This document shows, one piece after another, positions 1-11,100 of a stretch of DNA of 64,000 nt. The notes beneath the pieces are model-generated. The model had not been told where the DNA came from. It ran no database searches and saw only the letters and a list, made by a program, of their open reading frames with translations. Both the position numbers and the translations under genes were made by a program. The DNA is taken from the IMG/VR virus record IMGVR_UViG_3300032288_005130, one strand, 5' to 3'. The DNA is from an uncultured virus (IMG/VR IMGVR_UViG_3300032288_005130). Lineage: Duplodnaviria > Heunggongvirae > Uroviricota > Caudoviricetes. Every line of letters begins with the position of its first letter. The first letter of the stretch is position 1.

Positions 1-1
1 T

Positions 2-271
2 ATGAAAAAAGGAGAAATTAAAGTGGATGGAAAATTCTACCAACTGATTACAGGTGAAATTAAAGAGGGTGACATTGTGTCAAAAAAGCTTGGCCCAGAA
101 GACAAAAATAAAACTGTGATACTAAAAGTAGAAAAGGTTTTTAAGAAACACGGAATAGATTTTTTTAAGTTCCATACCTTAGAAGATAAATTTTTTGGTG
201 AAGAAACTGTAAAAGCAACTAATCAACTCGGTTACACAAAATTGGCACTTCAAGTGGTCAGAAATTCATGA
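2..271 (+). CDS. hypothetical protein
   Basis: 89-aa ORF at the window edge; no recognisable motif. Confidence 0.6.
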   Translation: MKKGEIKVDGKFYQLITGEIKEGDIVSKKLGPEDKNKTVILKVEKVFKKHGIDFFKFHTLEDKFFGEETVKATNQLGYTKLALQVVRNS

Positions 272-279
272 AAAAAAAT

Positions 280-288
280 TAATATATA
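280..288 (+). promoter_or_regulatory. putative late promoter motif TAATATATA
   Basis: Same 9-mer recurs upstream of N-leader genes across the window. Confidence 0.5.
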
Positions 289-312
289 TAATTAAAATTA
301 AAATGAAAAAAA

Positions 313-534
313 ATGAAACTAAAAAGATTTAATGACTCCGAAGAAAACGCTGTCCCAAAACCGATATCTAAACTAATTTATAAGAAGTTGAATGGTGAAG
401 AATTAACAGATAAGGAATTTCTTCAACTCCATAATTGGATGATTGAAAATGATTCAGATTATGCAAAATCTGTTGATTTACAAATGAAAAAAGATTTGAA
501 GAAACTAATCCCAAAAGGTGCTAAAATTAAATAA
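313..534 (+). CDS. hypothetical protein with N-leader-like start (MKLKRFNDSEE)
   Basis: ORF track; downstream of TAATATATA. Confidence 0.65.
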   Translation: MKLKRFNDSEENAVPKPISKLIYKKLNGEELTDKEFLQLHNWMIENDSDYAKSVDLQMKKDLKKLIPKGAKIK

Positions 535-552
535 TGAAAGCCTGTTTAGACA

Positions 553-729
553 ATGAAAATTGTAAAAACTAAATTTGCCTTTATTCCTATTAAAATAGAA
601 AAAAAGTGGATTTGGTTTAAAAAATATGAATGCTACTACAAGAATGTAGAATGTAAAGATGTAGATGGAATGGGTACTTTTTATTATAATAAATTAGTTT
701 TAATAGATAAAAAAGAAATAAGAATATGA
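553..729 (+). CDS. small hypothetical protein (58 aa, MKIVKTKFAFIPIKIEKKWIWF...), absent from ORF track
   Basis: Translated by hand; its stop overlaps the next start (ATGA) and it fills the intergenic gap. Confidence 0.6.
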   Translation: MKIVKTKFAFIPIKIEKKWIWFKKYECYYKNVECKDVDGMGTFYYNKLVLIDKKEIRI

Positions 730-1016
730 AAAGTGAAAATCAATTAAAGTCATTCAATGAACATGTACAATCTATCATAGAGAGTAAAAAATACATTTAT
801 AAGTACAATCACAATGGCAAAGACCTTTTCTACTATGTAGATGAGGTAGATGGAGATTTACTTGTATCTGATCCAAATGATGCTAAAATATTCACAGGTA
901 AACAAATAAAATCATTTGATATAGATTCCTCATTTAGTATAGGTGATGAAATATTCTGCGATGAAACAGGAGATTACATAACATTACAATCTAAACCCAT
1001 TAGAGTTGAGATTTAA
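726..1016 (+). CDS. hypothetical protein with N-leader-like start (QLKSFNEH)
   Basis: ORF track. Confidence 0.65.
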   Translation: MKSENQLKSFNEHVQSIIESKKYIYKYNHNGKDLFYYVDEVDGDLLVSDPNDAKIFTGKQIKSFDIDSSFSIGDEIFCDETGDYITLQSKPIRVEI

Positions 1017-1033
1017 CAACTAATCACTCTATA

Positions 1034-1579
1034 TTAATCCATTAAGTCATAGACATCTTCTGCTTCAAACTCAGGATCAGTAATTCTTAAATCATAATCT
1101 TTGAAGTCTTTAAAATCAATTTCATCAGCATCTAATCTTCTTGTAATAGAATCATTCTTATCTTGTCTCCTCAATATTCTTGATTCTCTTGTATCTCTAT
1201 CAATATCTAAATAAACAACAAAACATCCTTTTCTTAACTCTGGATTTATATTAGAAAATTCACCAGGTGTCATTATGAATACTTGTGCTCTTTGAAACTC
1301 TTCATTAGTTACTCCATAATACCAAGTTTCAGGATCTTTACCTTCAGGTGTTACTTCAAATGTTTGATAAGCTAAAAACTCATTATTATTAATTGATTGT
1401 GTGAATTTTGATTCATTAACAAAGTTATAAGTTATACCTTGTTGTTCAAACTTTCTTGGAGGCCTTGTAGTCCATTTAAGACAAGGTATTAAACCTTTTT
1501 CAACAAGTTTCCTCTCTATATATGTTTTACCAGACCCAGCCTTTCCTAGTAAAATTAGTCTTTCATTTTTAATATTCAT
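1034..1579 (-). CDS. gmk: guanylate kinase-like nucleoside monophosphate kinase
   Basis: P-loop GKAGSGKT, TTRPPR, YNFV and YYG motifs typical of guanylate kinases. Confidence 0.85.
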   Translation of the reverse strand: MNIKNERLILLGKAGSGKTYIERKLVEKGLIPCLKWTTRPPRKFEQQGITYNFVNESKFTQSINNNEFLAYQTFEVTPEGKDPETWYYGVTNEEFQRAQVFIMTPGEFSNINPELRKGCFVVYLDIDRDTRESRILRRQDKNDSITRRLDADEIDFKDFKDYDLRITDPEFEAEDVYDLMD

Positions 1580-2742
1580 TACATTTTATATTTTTTATAG
1601 AACTCTTCCTCAGTTAATCTATTTTTCTTTGAGTTTATTCCCCTTTTTGTTATACAAAGATTTTCAATACTTGCTATTTCATAAAATGGAATATTATTCT
1701 TGAATCCGCTATATATGGATATTTTATGATCGATTGTGGGAAAGTTTACATTTAAGTGGTTTAAATTTAAATTATCTTTAATATACTCACCATCATAGTA
1801 ATCATATCCATCCCATTTTTCAAAAAGCTCATCTTTTATCATTTTTGTTTTATTTTCAATACTATTTTCATAATTTTCAAAATATCCTCTATCTTCATCT
1901 GATATCCATGATTTATTCTCAACTCTACTGATCTTTATTTTACTTTTAACTAAATCTGATTGGGCGACGTTTTCATAACCATATTTAAGTAAATTGGTTT
2001 CTTTTATCTTATCCTTAACGTCTTCATTTTGACTAGCATACTCTGTTCCATATTTAATTAGATTGGTCTCTTTTATTCTATTTTTAATATTTTCTGATTG
2101 GAAAACATTTTCATAACCATATTTTTCTAAATTAGTTTCCTTTATCTTATCTTTAATTAAATCTGATTGTAGGTGTGACTCAAATCCATACCTAATTAGA
2201 TTAGTTTCTTTAGTTTTTTCTTTAATATCTTCTCTTTGTGAGTTATATTCAAATCCATATTTTTCTAAATTTGTTTCTTTTATCTTATTTTTAATTGTTT
2301 CAGATTGGAAAACATTTTCAACTCCATACTTTTTCATATTAGTTTTCTTTGACTTTTCTAAATACTCTTCGGTTTGTGTATAACTCTTTACTCCATACTT
2401 TTTCATATTAGTTTTCGTTGACTTTTCTAAATACTCTTCGGTCTGTGTATAACTCTCTACTCCATACTTTTTCATATTAGTTTTTCTTGACTTATCACCC
2501 TTACATTTGGAGCAGGAATAATATCCACCATTATCAAAACTATTATAGTATGTTTCATTACAAATTGACTTATTATCTTTACATACTTCACAACTAACTA
2601 AAATTTTAACTGATGAGTTTCTTGCTATATCTCTAATATTTATTTCAATTATTTCACCAACTTTACAAATATATCCTAGTTCTCTGTATCTTGATATGTG
2701 TTTACCGTTCATTTTTATTAAAACACTTTCTGTGATTATCAT
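1579..2742 (-). CDS. putative HNH-like homing endonuclease with tandem 23-aa K-x-TN-x-x-KYG repeats
   Basis: N-terminal CxxC pairs, about 8 KETNLEKYG-type repeats, C-terminal TIDHKIS...NL...INSKKN resembling HNH. Confidence 0.65.
   Translation of the reverse strand: MIITESVLIKMNGKHISRYRELGYICKVGEIIEINIRDIARNSSVKILVSCEVCKDNKSICNETYYNSFDNGGYYSCSKCKGDKSRKTNMKKYGVESYTQTEEYLEKSTKTNMKKYGVKSYTQTEEYLEKSKKTNMKKYGVENVFQSETIKNKIKETNLEKYGFEYNSQREDIKEKTKETNLIRYGFESHLQSDLIKDKIKETNLEKYGYENVFQSENIKNRIKETNLIKYGTEYASQNEDVKDKIKETNLLKYGYENVAQSDLVKSKIKISRVENKSWISDEDRGYFENYENSIENKTKMIKDELFEKWDGYDYYDGEYIKDNLNLNHLNVNFPTIDHKISIYSGFKNNIPFYEIASIENLCITKRGINSKKNRLTEEEFYKKYKM
2320..2487. repeat. 69-bp tandem repeat (about 2.4 near-identical copies) within the HNH-like gene
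   Basis: actccatactttttcatattagtttt recurs with a 69-bp period. Confidence 0.85.
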
Positions 2743-2819
2743 AATATTCTTTTATTTTTATATATAAAATAACCACATCTCCCTATTAAGATTATCTTCT
2801 CTACTATCCAAAAAAATAA

Positions 2820-3083
2820 TTATTTTCTCTTAATTGGAGTATAGTTAGGCATTGATCCTATGAAGTTTGTATTACCTTTCATAGTTTCTTCATATTCAGC
2901 TTTAACAGCCGCATCATATTCAGGATCATTTTTTTCTTCTTCTTTGCAAGTCATGCAGATAACATCTTCATTAAAGATAGACATTGTAGTAGTTCCACCA
3001 GTAGATTGACCACATCTATCACATTTGTCTCTATACATAGATTCATTTGTTAGATAGTTTTTATATGTTTTTAAGTGTTTCAT
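2820..3083 (-). CDS. N-leader protein with Zn-finger (CDRC...CMTC)
   Basis: Starts MKHLKTYKNYLTNES; two CxxC pairs. Confidence 0.8.
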   Translation of the reverse strand: MKHLKTYKNYLTNESMYRDKCDRCGQSTGGTTTMSIFNEDVICMTCKEEEKNDPEYDAAVKAEYEETMKGNTNFIGSMPNYTPIKRK

Positions 3084-3086
3084 TTA

Positions 3087-3629
3087 TTATTTTTTAACTT
3101 TAGTTATATCATCTTTTTTGAAATCATCAAAATTCATTACTTTCTTACCTTTTTCTTGACCAGCCATAAAGTCTGCTCTTTTTGTGAAAATATCTTTAAG
3201 AGATTTCATACTAATCTTCTTCTTTCTTGTTTTCTTACCAGTCATAGCACCATGATTCTTACCCATTTCAACATCTTGAAATACTCTATTAGCACCACTT
3301 GGGTTATAAGGAGTTGCAATCGATCCGGCTGGTTGTTGATAAGCAATTCCAACAGATTTAGCACTTGGATCACCTGACCCAACTTTACCACCATATGATG
3401 ACCAATTTGTACCAATAGTTGCACCTGCTAATCCAGATGGTTGTGCATTAACAACGGCACCCATACCACCAACTGATGGTCCACCCGTTGCACTAGTATC
3501 TTCAAGTATCATTTTTTCTTTAATACTGATAGCTTGTAGAACATCATTCATTAATTTTTCATCATGATTACCTTCTTTAATCAATTTATTCTTGATTATT
3601 AAAAGTTCTATGATTGATAGTTTTTCCAT
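3087..3629 (-). CDS. hypothetical Gly/Ala-rich protein, putative late gene
   Basis: TAATATATA on the minus strand (3634-3642) lies 4 nt upstream of the ATG. Confidence 0.75.
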   Translation of the reverse strand: MEKLSIIELLIIKNKLIKEGNHDEKLMNDVLQAISIKEKMILEDTSATGGPSVGGMGAVVNAQPSGLAGATIGTNWSSYGGKVGSGDPSAKSVGIAYQQPAGSIATPYNPSGANRVFQDVEMGKNHGAMTGKKTRKKKISMKSLKDIFTKRADFMAGQEKGKKVMNFDDFKKDDITKVKK

Positions 3630-3645
3630 ATTTTATATATTAAAT

Positions 3646-3957
3646 TTAAAAAGTATGATGTAGTTTTATAACACATCTATTATCACTAAGCCACTTAGTA
3701 GCTATTGACAAATCATCTCCTTTACCGAATGGTAAGTTTAATTCATTCTCATCAATACCAGAAACAGATATGCTAAATATTTTCTTTTTAATAGGAGTGT
3801 AATAGATTTGGATCTCAAAGTCTTTAGACTTTCTAAAGAATGTAGGCTTAGTTTTCCCATCAGCAATGATTCTATTCATTAACTTTCTCATTTTTGGATC
3901 CATATCAAAATCTGAAAATCTTTTTATTTTTCTTTCTCCATTCATAATTAAAAACAA
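3646..3957 (-). CDS. hypothetical protein (KIKRFSDF leader-like); start may be the second Met
   Basis: ORF track. Confidence 0.65.
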   Translation of the reverse strand: MFLIMNGERKIKRFSDFDMDPKMRKLMNRIIADGKTKPTFFRKSKDFEIQIYYTPIKKKIFSISVSGIDENELNLPFGKGDDLSIATKWLSDNRCVIKLHHTF

Positions 3958-4004
3958 ACAAATGCTTTAATTATATATAAATTATCAAATATAGAAATGC
4001 CTAA

Positions 4005-4667
4005 ATGGACAAAATAAAACAGCTGGAAAACAAAAAGTTATTAAAAGAACTAGAATTTGTTGAAACCGACTTTGAATATAAGACCGAAATTATAAGTGAG
4101 GCTGACACCAACTTCATAAAGAATATAAATGAGTTCTTATCAAGACATCCTGAATTAAAAAGTATGATTGATAAAAGAATGAATGAGAAGATTGATAGAA
4201 TGGTCAGAGAAAAAGAAAGAGCTGATAATGAATCTCAAAAAGAAAAAGAACAAGCTATCAATGACGAACCTAAGGAAGAAAATCAGAATGTTGAGGAAAA
4301 AGAGGATGAGGAAGTTAATGATAATAAGGTTGTTCGATCTGAAAAAATAAAAAAACTTTACAGAGAAATTGTTAAAATAACACATCCTGATAAAGTCAAT
4401 GATGAAAAGTTAAATGATCTTTATATAAAATCTACTAAGAGCTATGATGAGAATGACTTGATTTCAATCTATGCTATTTGTAGTGAATTAAATATTGAAT
4501 ATGAATCTGATGAAACAGATAATATTTTCATCGCTGATAGGATTACGGTATTAAAAGAAAGAATAAACTTTATGGAATCTACTTTTACTTGGAAGTGGTA
4601 TACTGCAGATGACAATAGACAAAAAGATGATGTTCTTATGAGTTATATAAGAGCTCAGTTAATGTAA
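4005..4667 (+). CDS. J-domain (DnaJ-like) protein
   Basis: IKKLYREIVKITHPDK helix-II/HPD motif. Confidence 0.7.
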   Translation: MDKIKQLENKKLLKELEFVETDFEYKTEIISEADTNFIKNINEFLSRHPELKSMIDKRMNEKIDRMVREKERADNESQKEKEQAINDEPKEENQNVEEKEDEEVNDNKVVRSEKIKKLYREIVKITHPDKVNDEKLNDLYIKSTKSYDENDLISIYAICSELNIEYESDETDNIFIADRITVLKERINFMESTFTWKWYTADDNRQKDDVLMSYIRAQLM

Positions 4668-5300
4668 TTAAACTATTGAAATTTTAACATTTCTTTCTGA
4701 AAGTAATTTCTCTAACTCTTCTTTTCTTAGTGACTTTTTGTAGGTATCCGTTTCTTTATCTTCATCTTTTAGTAACCAATCATTACCATTTGATGTAACA
4801 TAAATATACTTTTCATCACCATCAATAACTTCAATTTCTTTAGATGATAGTTTATCATAGAACTTTTTAACATTCTCATTTACTTTATATAACTTAACAT
4901 CAGACCATTTCTTTTGAGTTTCATTCCAAACTTGAAACAAAATATAAATAGGGTTTTCTAACTCATTGCTTTCAATACCGTAGATAAACATAAATTTACA
5001 AGGCTTATTAACAAAGCTTTCAATTGTATCTGTGTTTTGTAATTCAGACTTTTTTAGTCTTAAACTAGTTAGCGCATTTACAAACTCAACACTATCTTGA
5101 AGAAATTCAATATCTAAATTATTGATAAACTCTTCTTTTGGTAGGAATAAAGTATCAAATAAATCAACTTCTTCAGCACCGATAGATGATAATAAAGTAT
5201 CATGCCAAATATTTAATGATTCTTTTAAATCAATATCTTGAAATTGTAAGTCTATTAATAAAGACTCTTTAAATTTTTTATATGGTTTTAAATGTTTCAT
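4668..5300 (-). CDS. N-leader protein (MKHLKPYKKFKES)
   Basis: Shared N-terminal leader. Confidence 0.8.
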   Translation of the reverse strand: MKHLKPYKKFKESLLIDLQFQDIDLKESLNIWHDTLLSSIGAEEVDLFDTLFLPKEEFINNLDIEFLQDSVEFVNALTSLRLKKSELQNTDTIESFVNKPCKFMFIYGIESNELENPIYILFQVWNETQKKWSDVKLYKVNENVKKFYDKLSSKEIEVIDGDEKYIYVTSNGNDWLLKDEDKETDTYKKSLRKEELEKLLSERNVKISIV

Positions 5301-5920
5301 AGTCCTGTTATTTTGTGAATTATTTCAATTTGTGTAATCTTATCTCTTGGGTTTATATCTGGAAAGTTATAATCTCTACCGTGTAAAAATGATTTTATCT
5401 TTCTAATAATTCCATGTTTAGGTTTATTAGTTGGATCAATAGTATAACCAGTCATAATATCACCGGTATGTGAACTACTTATAATAGATGGGTGTTTCAT
5501 ATCTCTTACAAATGAGTTGACATAGTTAGTTCCTGCAGTTTCAACATATATTCTAGTATATATATTTTCAATATTAACATTAGCTATCTTACTGAATCTA
5601 TATTCATCATTTTTAAGATTTTGTTTTAGATATTCATATATTTCTCTAAGAGTAGATTCATTATTGTATTTGGAATTCCACTTATCTTTTCCTTCTATCG
5701 TAATTATTAACTCACTTGTTCCAAAAGAGGTGCCTAACTCATCAATCTTCTTCTTCATCTCATCCATATCATTTATATCAACATCAAATGTATCAACATA
5801 TATAAACGCATTTATATCAGATAACTCCATAAAACAATCAGCATATTTCTCTATTATATCTAATTGTCTCTTTTCATCTAAATAAACTTTGGATTCATTA
5901 TATGGTTTTAAATGTTTCAT
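5297..5920 (-). CDS. N-leader protein (MKHLKPYNES)
   Basis: Shared N-terminal leader; ATGA overlap with the next gene. Confidence 0.8.
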   Translation of the reverse strand: MKHLKPYNESKVYLDEKRQLDIIEKYADCFMELSDINAFIYVDTFDVDINDMDEMKKKIDELGTSFGTSELIITIEGKDKWNSKYNNESTLREIYEYLKQNLKNDEYRFSKIANVNIENIYTRIYVETAGTNYVNSFVRDMKHPSIISSSHTGDIMTGYTIDPTNKPKHGIIRKIKSFLHGRDYNFPDINPRDKITQIEIIHKITGL

Positions 5921-5922
5921 TT

Positions 5923-6654
5923 TTATCTTTTAACTAGTTTTAATACTACTTGATTATCACCACCACTTAGAGAAAACTTAAGACCATCTTCCCATGCTTC
6001 ATTTCTAATAGTAATAAGTTCTCTATCATTAACATCTGTAGTATTATCAAGTGTTAATACTCCATCACCAACTTTTCTTAATTTATCACTAACATAATAA
6101 TCATAACCCATTGTGGGTGCTCCTTTTTTAGTAAATCTCATATCTAACCAGTTACCACTTATGGTTTGTTTTTTATGACCTTTCTTTTTTATCCACTCCT
6201 TAACTCTTTGTAAGTATCCATCAATCTTTGTAGCTTGACTTTCTTCAGCCTTAGGAACATCACCTAATGTTATAAACTTAACTTCTAGTCCAGAGTAATC
6301 AGTATTAATAGAGTAATTAACATCTTCACCTGAAATAGCATAAAATCTTTCAATATCACTTAATAAATTCTGTAGAACTTCAAGATTAGTCAGACACTTA
6401 CCCATTCCTTTAGTAGATATACCATCAGCATCACAAACATCTAAGGTAATTAACTTAGCTCTTCTATATTTAGAAGGATCTTTCATATAAGTTGTGTCAG
6501 TGATAAATTGACCATCATAAACTAAACCATTTTCAATTGTTAAAGAGGCTGGTCTATCATCTGTATAATCAGTAAAAAACATTCTAATATCTTCATCAGT
6601 ATTCTTGAATGATTTAACTTCAGTTGTTTCGTTAAATTTTTTTAAGTGTTTCAT
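5923..6654 (-). CDS. N-leader protein (MKHLKKFNET)
   Basis: Shared N-terminal leader. Confidence 0.8.
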   Translation of the reverse strand: MKHLKKFNETTEVKSFKNTDEDIRMFFTDYTDDRPASLTIENGLVYDGQFITDTTYMKDPSKYRRAKLITLDVCDADGISTKGMGKCLTNLEVLQNLLSDIERFYAISGEDVNYSINTDYSGLEVKFITLGDVPKAEESQATKIDGYLQRVKEWIKKKGHKKQTISGNWLDMRFTKKGAPTMGYDYYVSDKLRKVGDGVLTLDNTTDVNDRELITIRNEAWEDGLKFSLSGGDNQVVLKLVKR

Positions 6655-6672
6655 TAAATGAGTTAAATATTT

Positions 6673-6684
6673 TAATATATATTA
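6673..6684. promoter_or_regulatory. palindromic TAATATATATTA, putative bidirectional late promoter
   Basis: Perfect palindrome containing TAATATATA on both strands, between two divergent N-leader genes. Confidence 0.55.
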
Positions 6685-6706
6685 AAATTGAATTGTCAAA
6701 ATAGAA

Positions 6707-8089
6707 ATGAGATACTTAAGAAATTATAAATTATTTAAAGAGGCTAAGAGTGAGAACTATTCTAATAAGAATATAATACATGAAATATGTGTTAGTATGG
6801 TACTTCTAAATAATGAGTTCTTAGATAATATATTAGATAGAGGTCTTAAAGCAAGATACTCTGAAAACTCTGAGGTTTTCTTAACCGATCTTAAAAACCT
6901 ATTACTTTCTAAAAACAGATTACACCTTGGTAAATTTGTAGATAATAAATGTGTACCAGATGATGAAGTTTCTAAAGTAAATGGTTTATTTGACTCAGTT
7001 GATTTTAGTATAGAAGAAGATTGGGATAAATTAGTTAATGCTAGAATAACAGCAAGAAATATAATTGATAAGCTTATTCCTGATGAGAAATTAGATTCAG
7101 AAAGAATCAAAGCTATCTATTGGATAGGACCTAACAAAGATAAGGAATATGGTGAAGATATAGTTCTTGAAACATTAGATGGTAAGCAATTTTCATTCTA
7201 CTTAAATAAGAATTTATCTTCTCAAAAATCTGCTTCTTTTAACTTATTTGCTGATGACCTTATCGGAACTGATATTGATAAGTTATACAAAGAAGAATAT
7301 TTACCTAAGTGGGATAAATTAACTCAAGAATGGATTAGAATTTTATATGAGAACTCAAATAAGAATATTCAACAACATATTGAGAAGTTTATAGACACTA
7401 AAAGGATTGATTCTATAGGTTATTTTGAATATTATGATATAAGACATAAGGACCCAAGATTCAAACATCTTGGTGAGTTTATAAAAGAATTTAATAAAAA
7501 CATTTTGAAATTCTCTGATTTAATGTCCGAGATATGGAAAATGAAAGATAATTGTTTTATGGATGCTCAAAGAGTTACTAAAGAGTGGATGGAAACTAAA
7601 ATTGTTATCTTAAACTCTAAAATTCTTGAGAATCTACTAACAACTTCACTTAAAACAAATCACCCTGAAGACATTCAGAAATTAGATGATGAGTGGAAGT
7701 TATCTGGTGGTACTGTTAAGATGAAGCTATTCAAAACATTAGTTGAGAAAATGGGTTGTTTAGAAAGACCTGTTTATTTCTTAGGTAATAATGGTAACAT
7801 ATTTAATATGGTTCCTTCAAGAGAATTCTTTAGAAAGAATTATGATGATTTAAATATTAAATTTGATTATCATGTTAATTTTAATGTTAATGAAGAAGAT
7901 GAAGAGATGAATGATTTTAATATCAAATTAAAACTTGAGATGGATGATTCTACTTTAATTGATATGAATATTTTAGTTAAGTTTTCTAGTGGTGAAATGT
8001 CTGGAAAGCTTTCAGCTAAATACAAATTTGACTTAGCTGATAACTTTAATTACTTAATTTCTAAGAAAGAATTGGGTTCGGAGGAATAA
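6707..8089 (+). CDS. N-leader protein (MRYLRNYKLFKEA), 460 aa, function unknown
   Basis: Long ORF with the shared leader. Confidence 0.85.
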   Translation: MRYLRNYKLFKEAKSENYSNKNIIHEICVSMVLLNNEFLDNILDRGLKARYSENSEVFLTDLKNLLLSKNRLHLGKFVDNKCVPDDEVSKVNGLFDSVDFSIEEDWDKLVNARITARNIIDKLIPDEKLDSERIKAIYWIGPNKDKEYGEDIVLETLDGKQFSFYLNKNLSSQKSASFNLFADDLIGTDIDKLYKEEYLPKWDKLTQEWIRILYENSNKNIQQHIEKFIDTKRIDSIGYFEYYDIRHKDPRFKHLGEFIKEFNKNILKFSDLMSEIWKMKDNCFMDAQRVTKEWMETKIVILNSKILENLLTTSLKTNHPEDIQKLDDEWKLSGGTVKMKLFKTLVEKMGCLERPVYFLGNNGNIFNMVPSREFFRKNYDDLNIKFDYHVNFNVNEEDEEMNDFNIKLKLEMDDSTLIDMNILVKFSSGEMSGKLSAKYKFDLADNFNYLISKKELGSEE

Positions 8090-8128
8090 CCTATATCCGA
8101 ATATATACCTTAAAATTTCTAAAATTTA

Positions 8129-11100
8129 ATGGGTTATATTTTTTATCCAAGTGGTGGTAAGTTTCATGTTTCTTTAGCATTACCAGGTCAAGATAGTGTT
8201 ATTCTTAAAGGTATAGGCAAAGAGGGTAAAACTAACTTTTTAGTACCAAATATTGAATACTTAATACAATGTGCTATTCAAGGTGAATTAGGAATTGCTG
8301 ACTCAATTAGAAAAGCAAAGGCTGTTCAAAATCTAAATAAATGTAAAAGTCCAGAAACTCTTAAATTTTTAGCTAAATCATTAGGTGTTACTATTGATGG
8401 TGATCCTGAAAAATTTAGAAAAACTAATGGTTATGCGATTCCATCAAGTGCTGTTTTCTTAAATAATAGTATGAGTCCAGTGGCTAAAGCTGACTTAGGT
8501 TCGGTTGTTAGTTCATTTCAAAATCAGGGTGGTGAAACACCACATGTTGAAATACCAAAATCAATGGAAGATATTGGATTAAAAGCACTCGAAAAAGCAG
8601 CAATAAAAGCATCATTAGAACAATATAAACCTTGGATAGAAATTGCAAAATTACTAATTCAACATTTAGCACAAATAGAAGATGTTATTGCTAGAGTTAT
8701 GGCTGTTGGTTTACCATCAAAGATACCAAAGGGCAATGCGGGAACTACTTCTAGACCTAAAGCTATTGGATATGGGAATGCGGCTGAGATAAAATCTGGT
8801 ATTGGTAAAGTAGATTCACTAAATAGAAAGATGGCTGCTAAGAGAGCTAAGAGATACGGAACTGGAACTCAATCTGGTTTAACTGCCTCTATAAGTCCTA
8901 CAGCTTCAAACTCTAATGGATATGGAACAGATAGTTCTGTATTACCTAGTGGATTTGAATATCAAATATTATCAACTATATACTCAACTGGTAAATTTGA
9001 TCCTTATGTTGATTATAAATTTACTTACATAGATATTGATGATGATGAGTTAGGTCAATTGGATGAAGACTTTAACGGATTAGATTTTGATGATAATGAT
9101 CCTTATAAAGATAAAAGACCAGGATCTATAATATTCGGCCTTTATGATAGTAAAGGAAATCAAATAGACCCATCATCCAATATAAGATCATATATAAAAC
9201 AACCTAATGGTAATTTAGATTACCAAGGTGAGATAGACGTTGATGCGGCAGCTGGTACTCAAGGTGTTAAAAAAGCGGATTGGATAGAAAGACAAAGAGG
9301 TGTAAGATGGTTTGGTAATTTTTCTACAAGAGGGGCTACTTATAAGTGGGAAGGATATGGAGACTCACCAACTAATCCAAGTGGAGGCGACCCATTTAAA
9401 GAATATAAGCAATTATTCTATGATGGTACAAATAGAGATGCTCAAACTACAAACCCAACAACTGATGGTGAACCAAACTCACCAGTTCTTTCATTCTCTC
9501 AAGATGAGAAAAATGAGTATGTTGAGTTATTAATGACTACGGTTGATTATAAGTTTAATAAATTACAACCAGGTGAGTTAACACCAGAAGAGAAGACAAG
9601 TTATAGACAAAAGATAAATGATGAAGCAACTCAAAATGTTCAAGCAATACTTGAAGGAATGACTCTATATGGTTTTGTTAAAAGTATGAGAAACTATGGT
9701 GTTAAAAATCCAGATGGTACAAATGCTTCTGTTCCAATAAATTTAATAAATTCATATAGGCCTAAAAAAGTAACTATATCCAATGGTGAACAAATATGGA
9801 TAGATCCTGAAACTGATTATGATATGAAGTTAATCAGAATAGATCCTATTACTAAAATTAAGTACCAATTACCAGGTAGTGCAACAGAAAGAGAAGCCGA
9901 GATATTAAGATTTGTTAAAAATACGGTTGAGATATCAATAAATGATTCATCTAATTTTAATATTGATATTATTAGAAATATGCCAGATTCTAACAATAGT
10001 AGTATATTAAGATGGGAACCATTTGTAGCATTTACTACACAAGTTGCTGGTAGATATGAGAATATAAATAAGTTTACATTAGATAACTGGAACTATAGAA
10101 CCGGTTCAGTAGAATTATATAAAGTTACTCCTGATGTTAAATTAAATACATCACCTAGAACACTTATTAGAATTTGGAGTCAAACTGCTCCAAAATACTG
10201 GAGTACAACTTCTGAATTTAGTTGGAAAAGTGGATCTAATAATTATATATTTAAAAAATTAACTGGTGGTAATTGGAAAATCGGAAAATATGAAGAAGTT
10301 ATAAATAATAATAATGAACTTAAAAATAATTGGGGTAATAAATTAACCACATATTATATAGATGATGATATCATAAAAGGCGTTAGAGTAAGAGATTCTT
10401 ATTCATATGGTGGACAAGAAAGATATTACTATGATAACATATATGAGTGGTATTATAAACAATCAAATGGATTTTTAGGTTGGACATCAAGTGTACCACC
10501 ACTTATTGTTTGGACTGCGAATCAAAGAGAAACTACTGTAGTTAAAAAATCAGGAACTCCTAAAGAGGTAAATGATCCAAATGATATTTTAATAACAGAA
10601 ACTACTAAATATAAAATAAGTATTGAAAATAATAAGTACGATATATCTGCTACTCAATCAACTTTACAATATAAATTTTCCGTTAGGTACACAAAAATTA
10701 CACAAACCTATAAATCACTAACTGATGATTATATTGAAACAGATTCTAAAGCCGGTTTATTTAACGGTGTGAATCAAAACTTAAAATTAGGAAATAAGAT
10801 TGAAATACCACTAGGTAATAGTAAATCTACATATGCTTATTTTAATCAGAATAATATTTTAACAAATTGGGAATACCTATTCTTTGATACAGGTGATACC
10901 GGGACAACCTTGGATAATTTTTTACCTAATGATACTGGTAAAAAAATTACATGGACTTTGAATGCTAATCAGATCGGACAACCAGCTTTAGCATACTTAC
11001 CATTCAGCAATTCTGGTTCACCACAAGATGCTAATGCAACAAGTAAGCTATTCACCGTGCAAACTACTGCTATACCACCAAATCAAATAAGATTAAAAGA

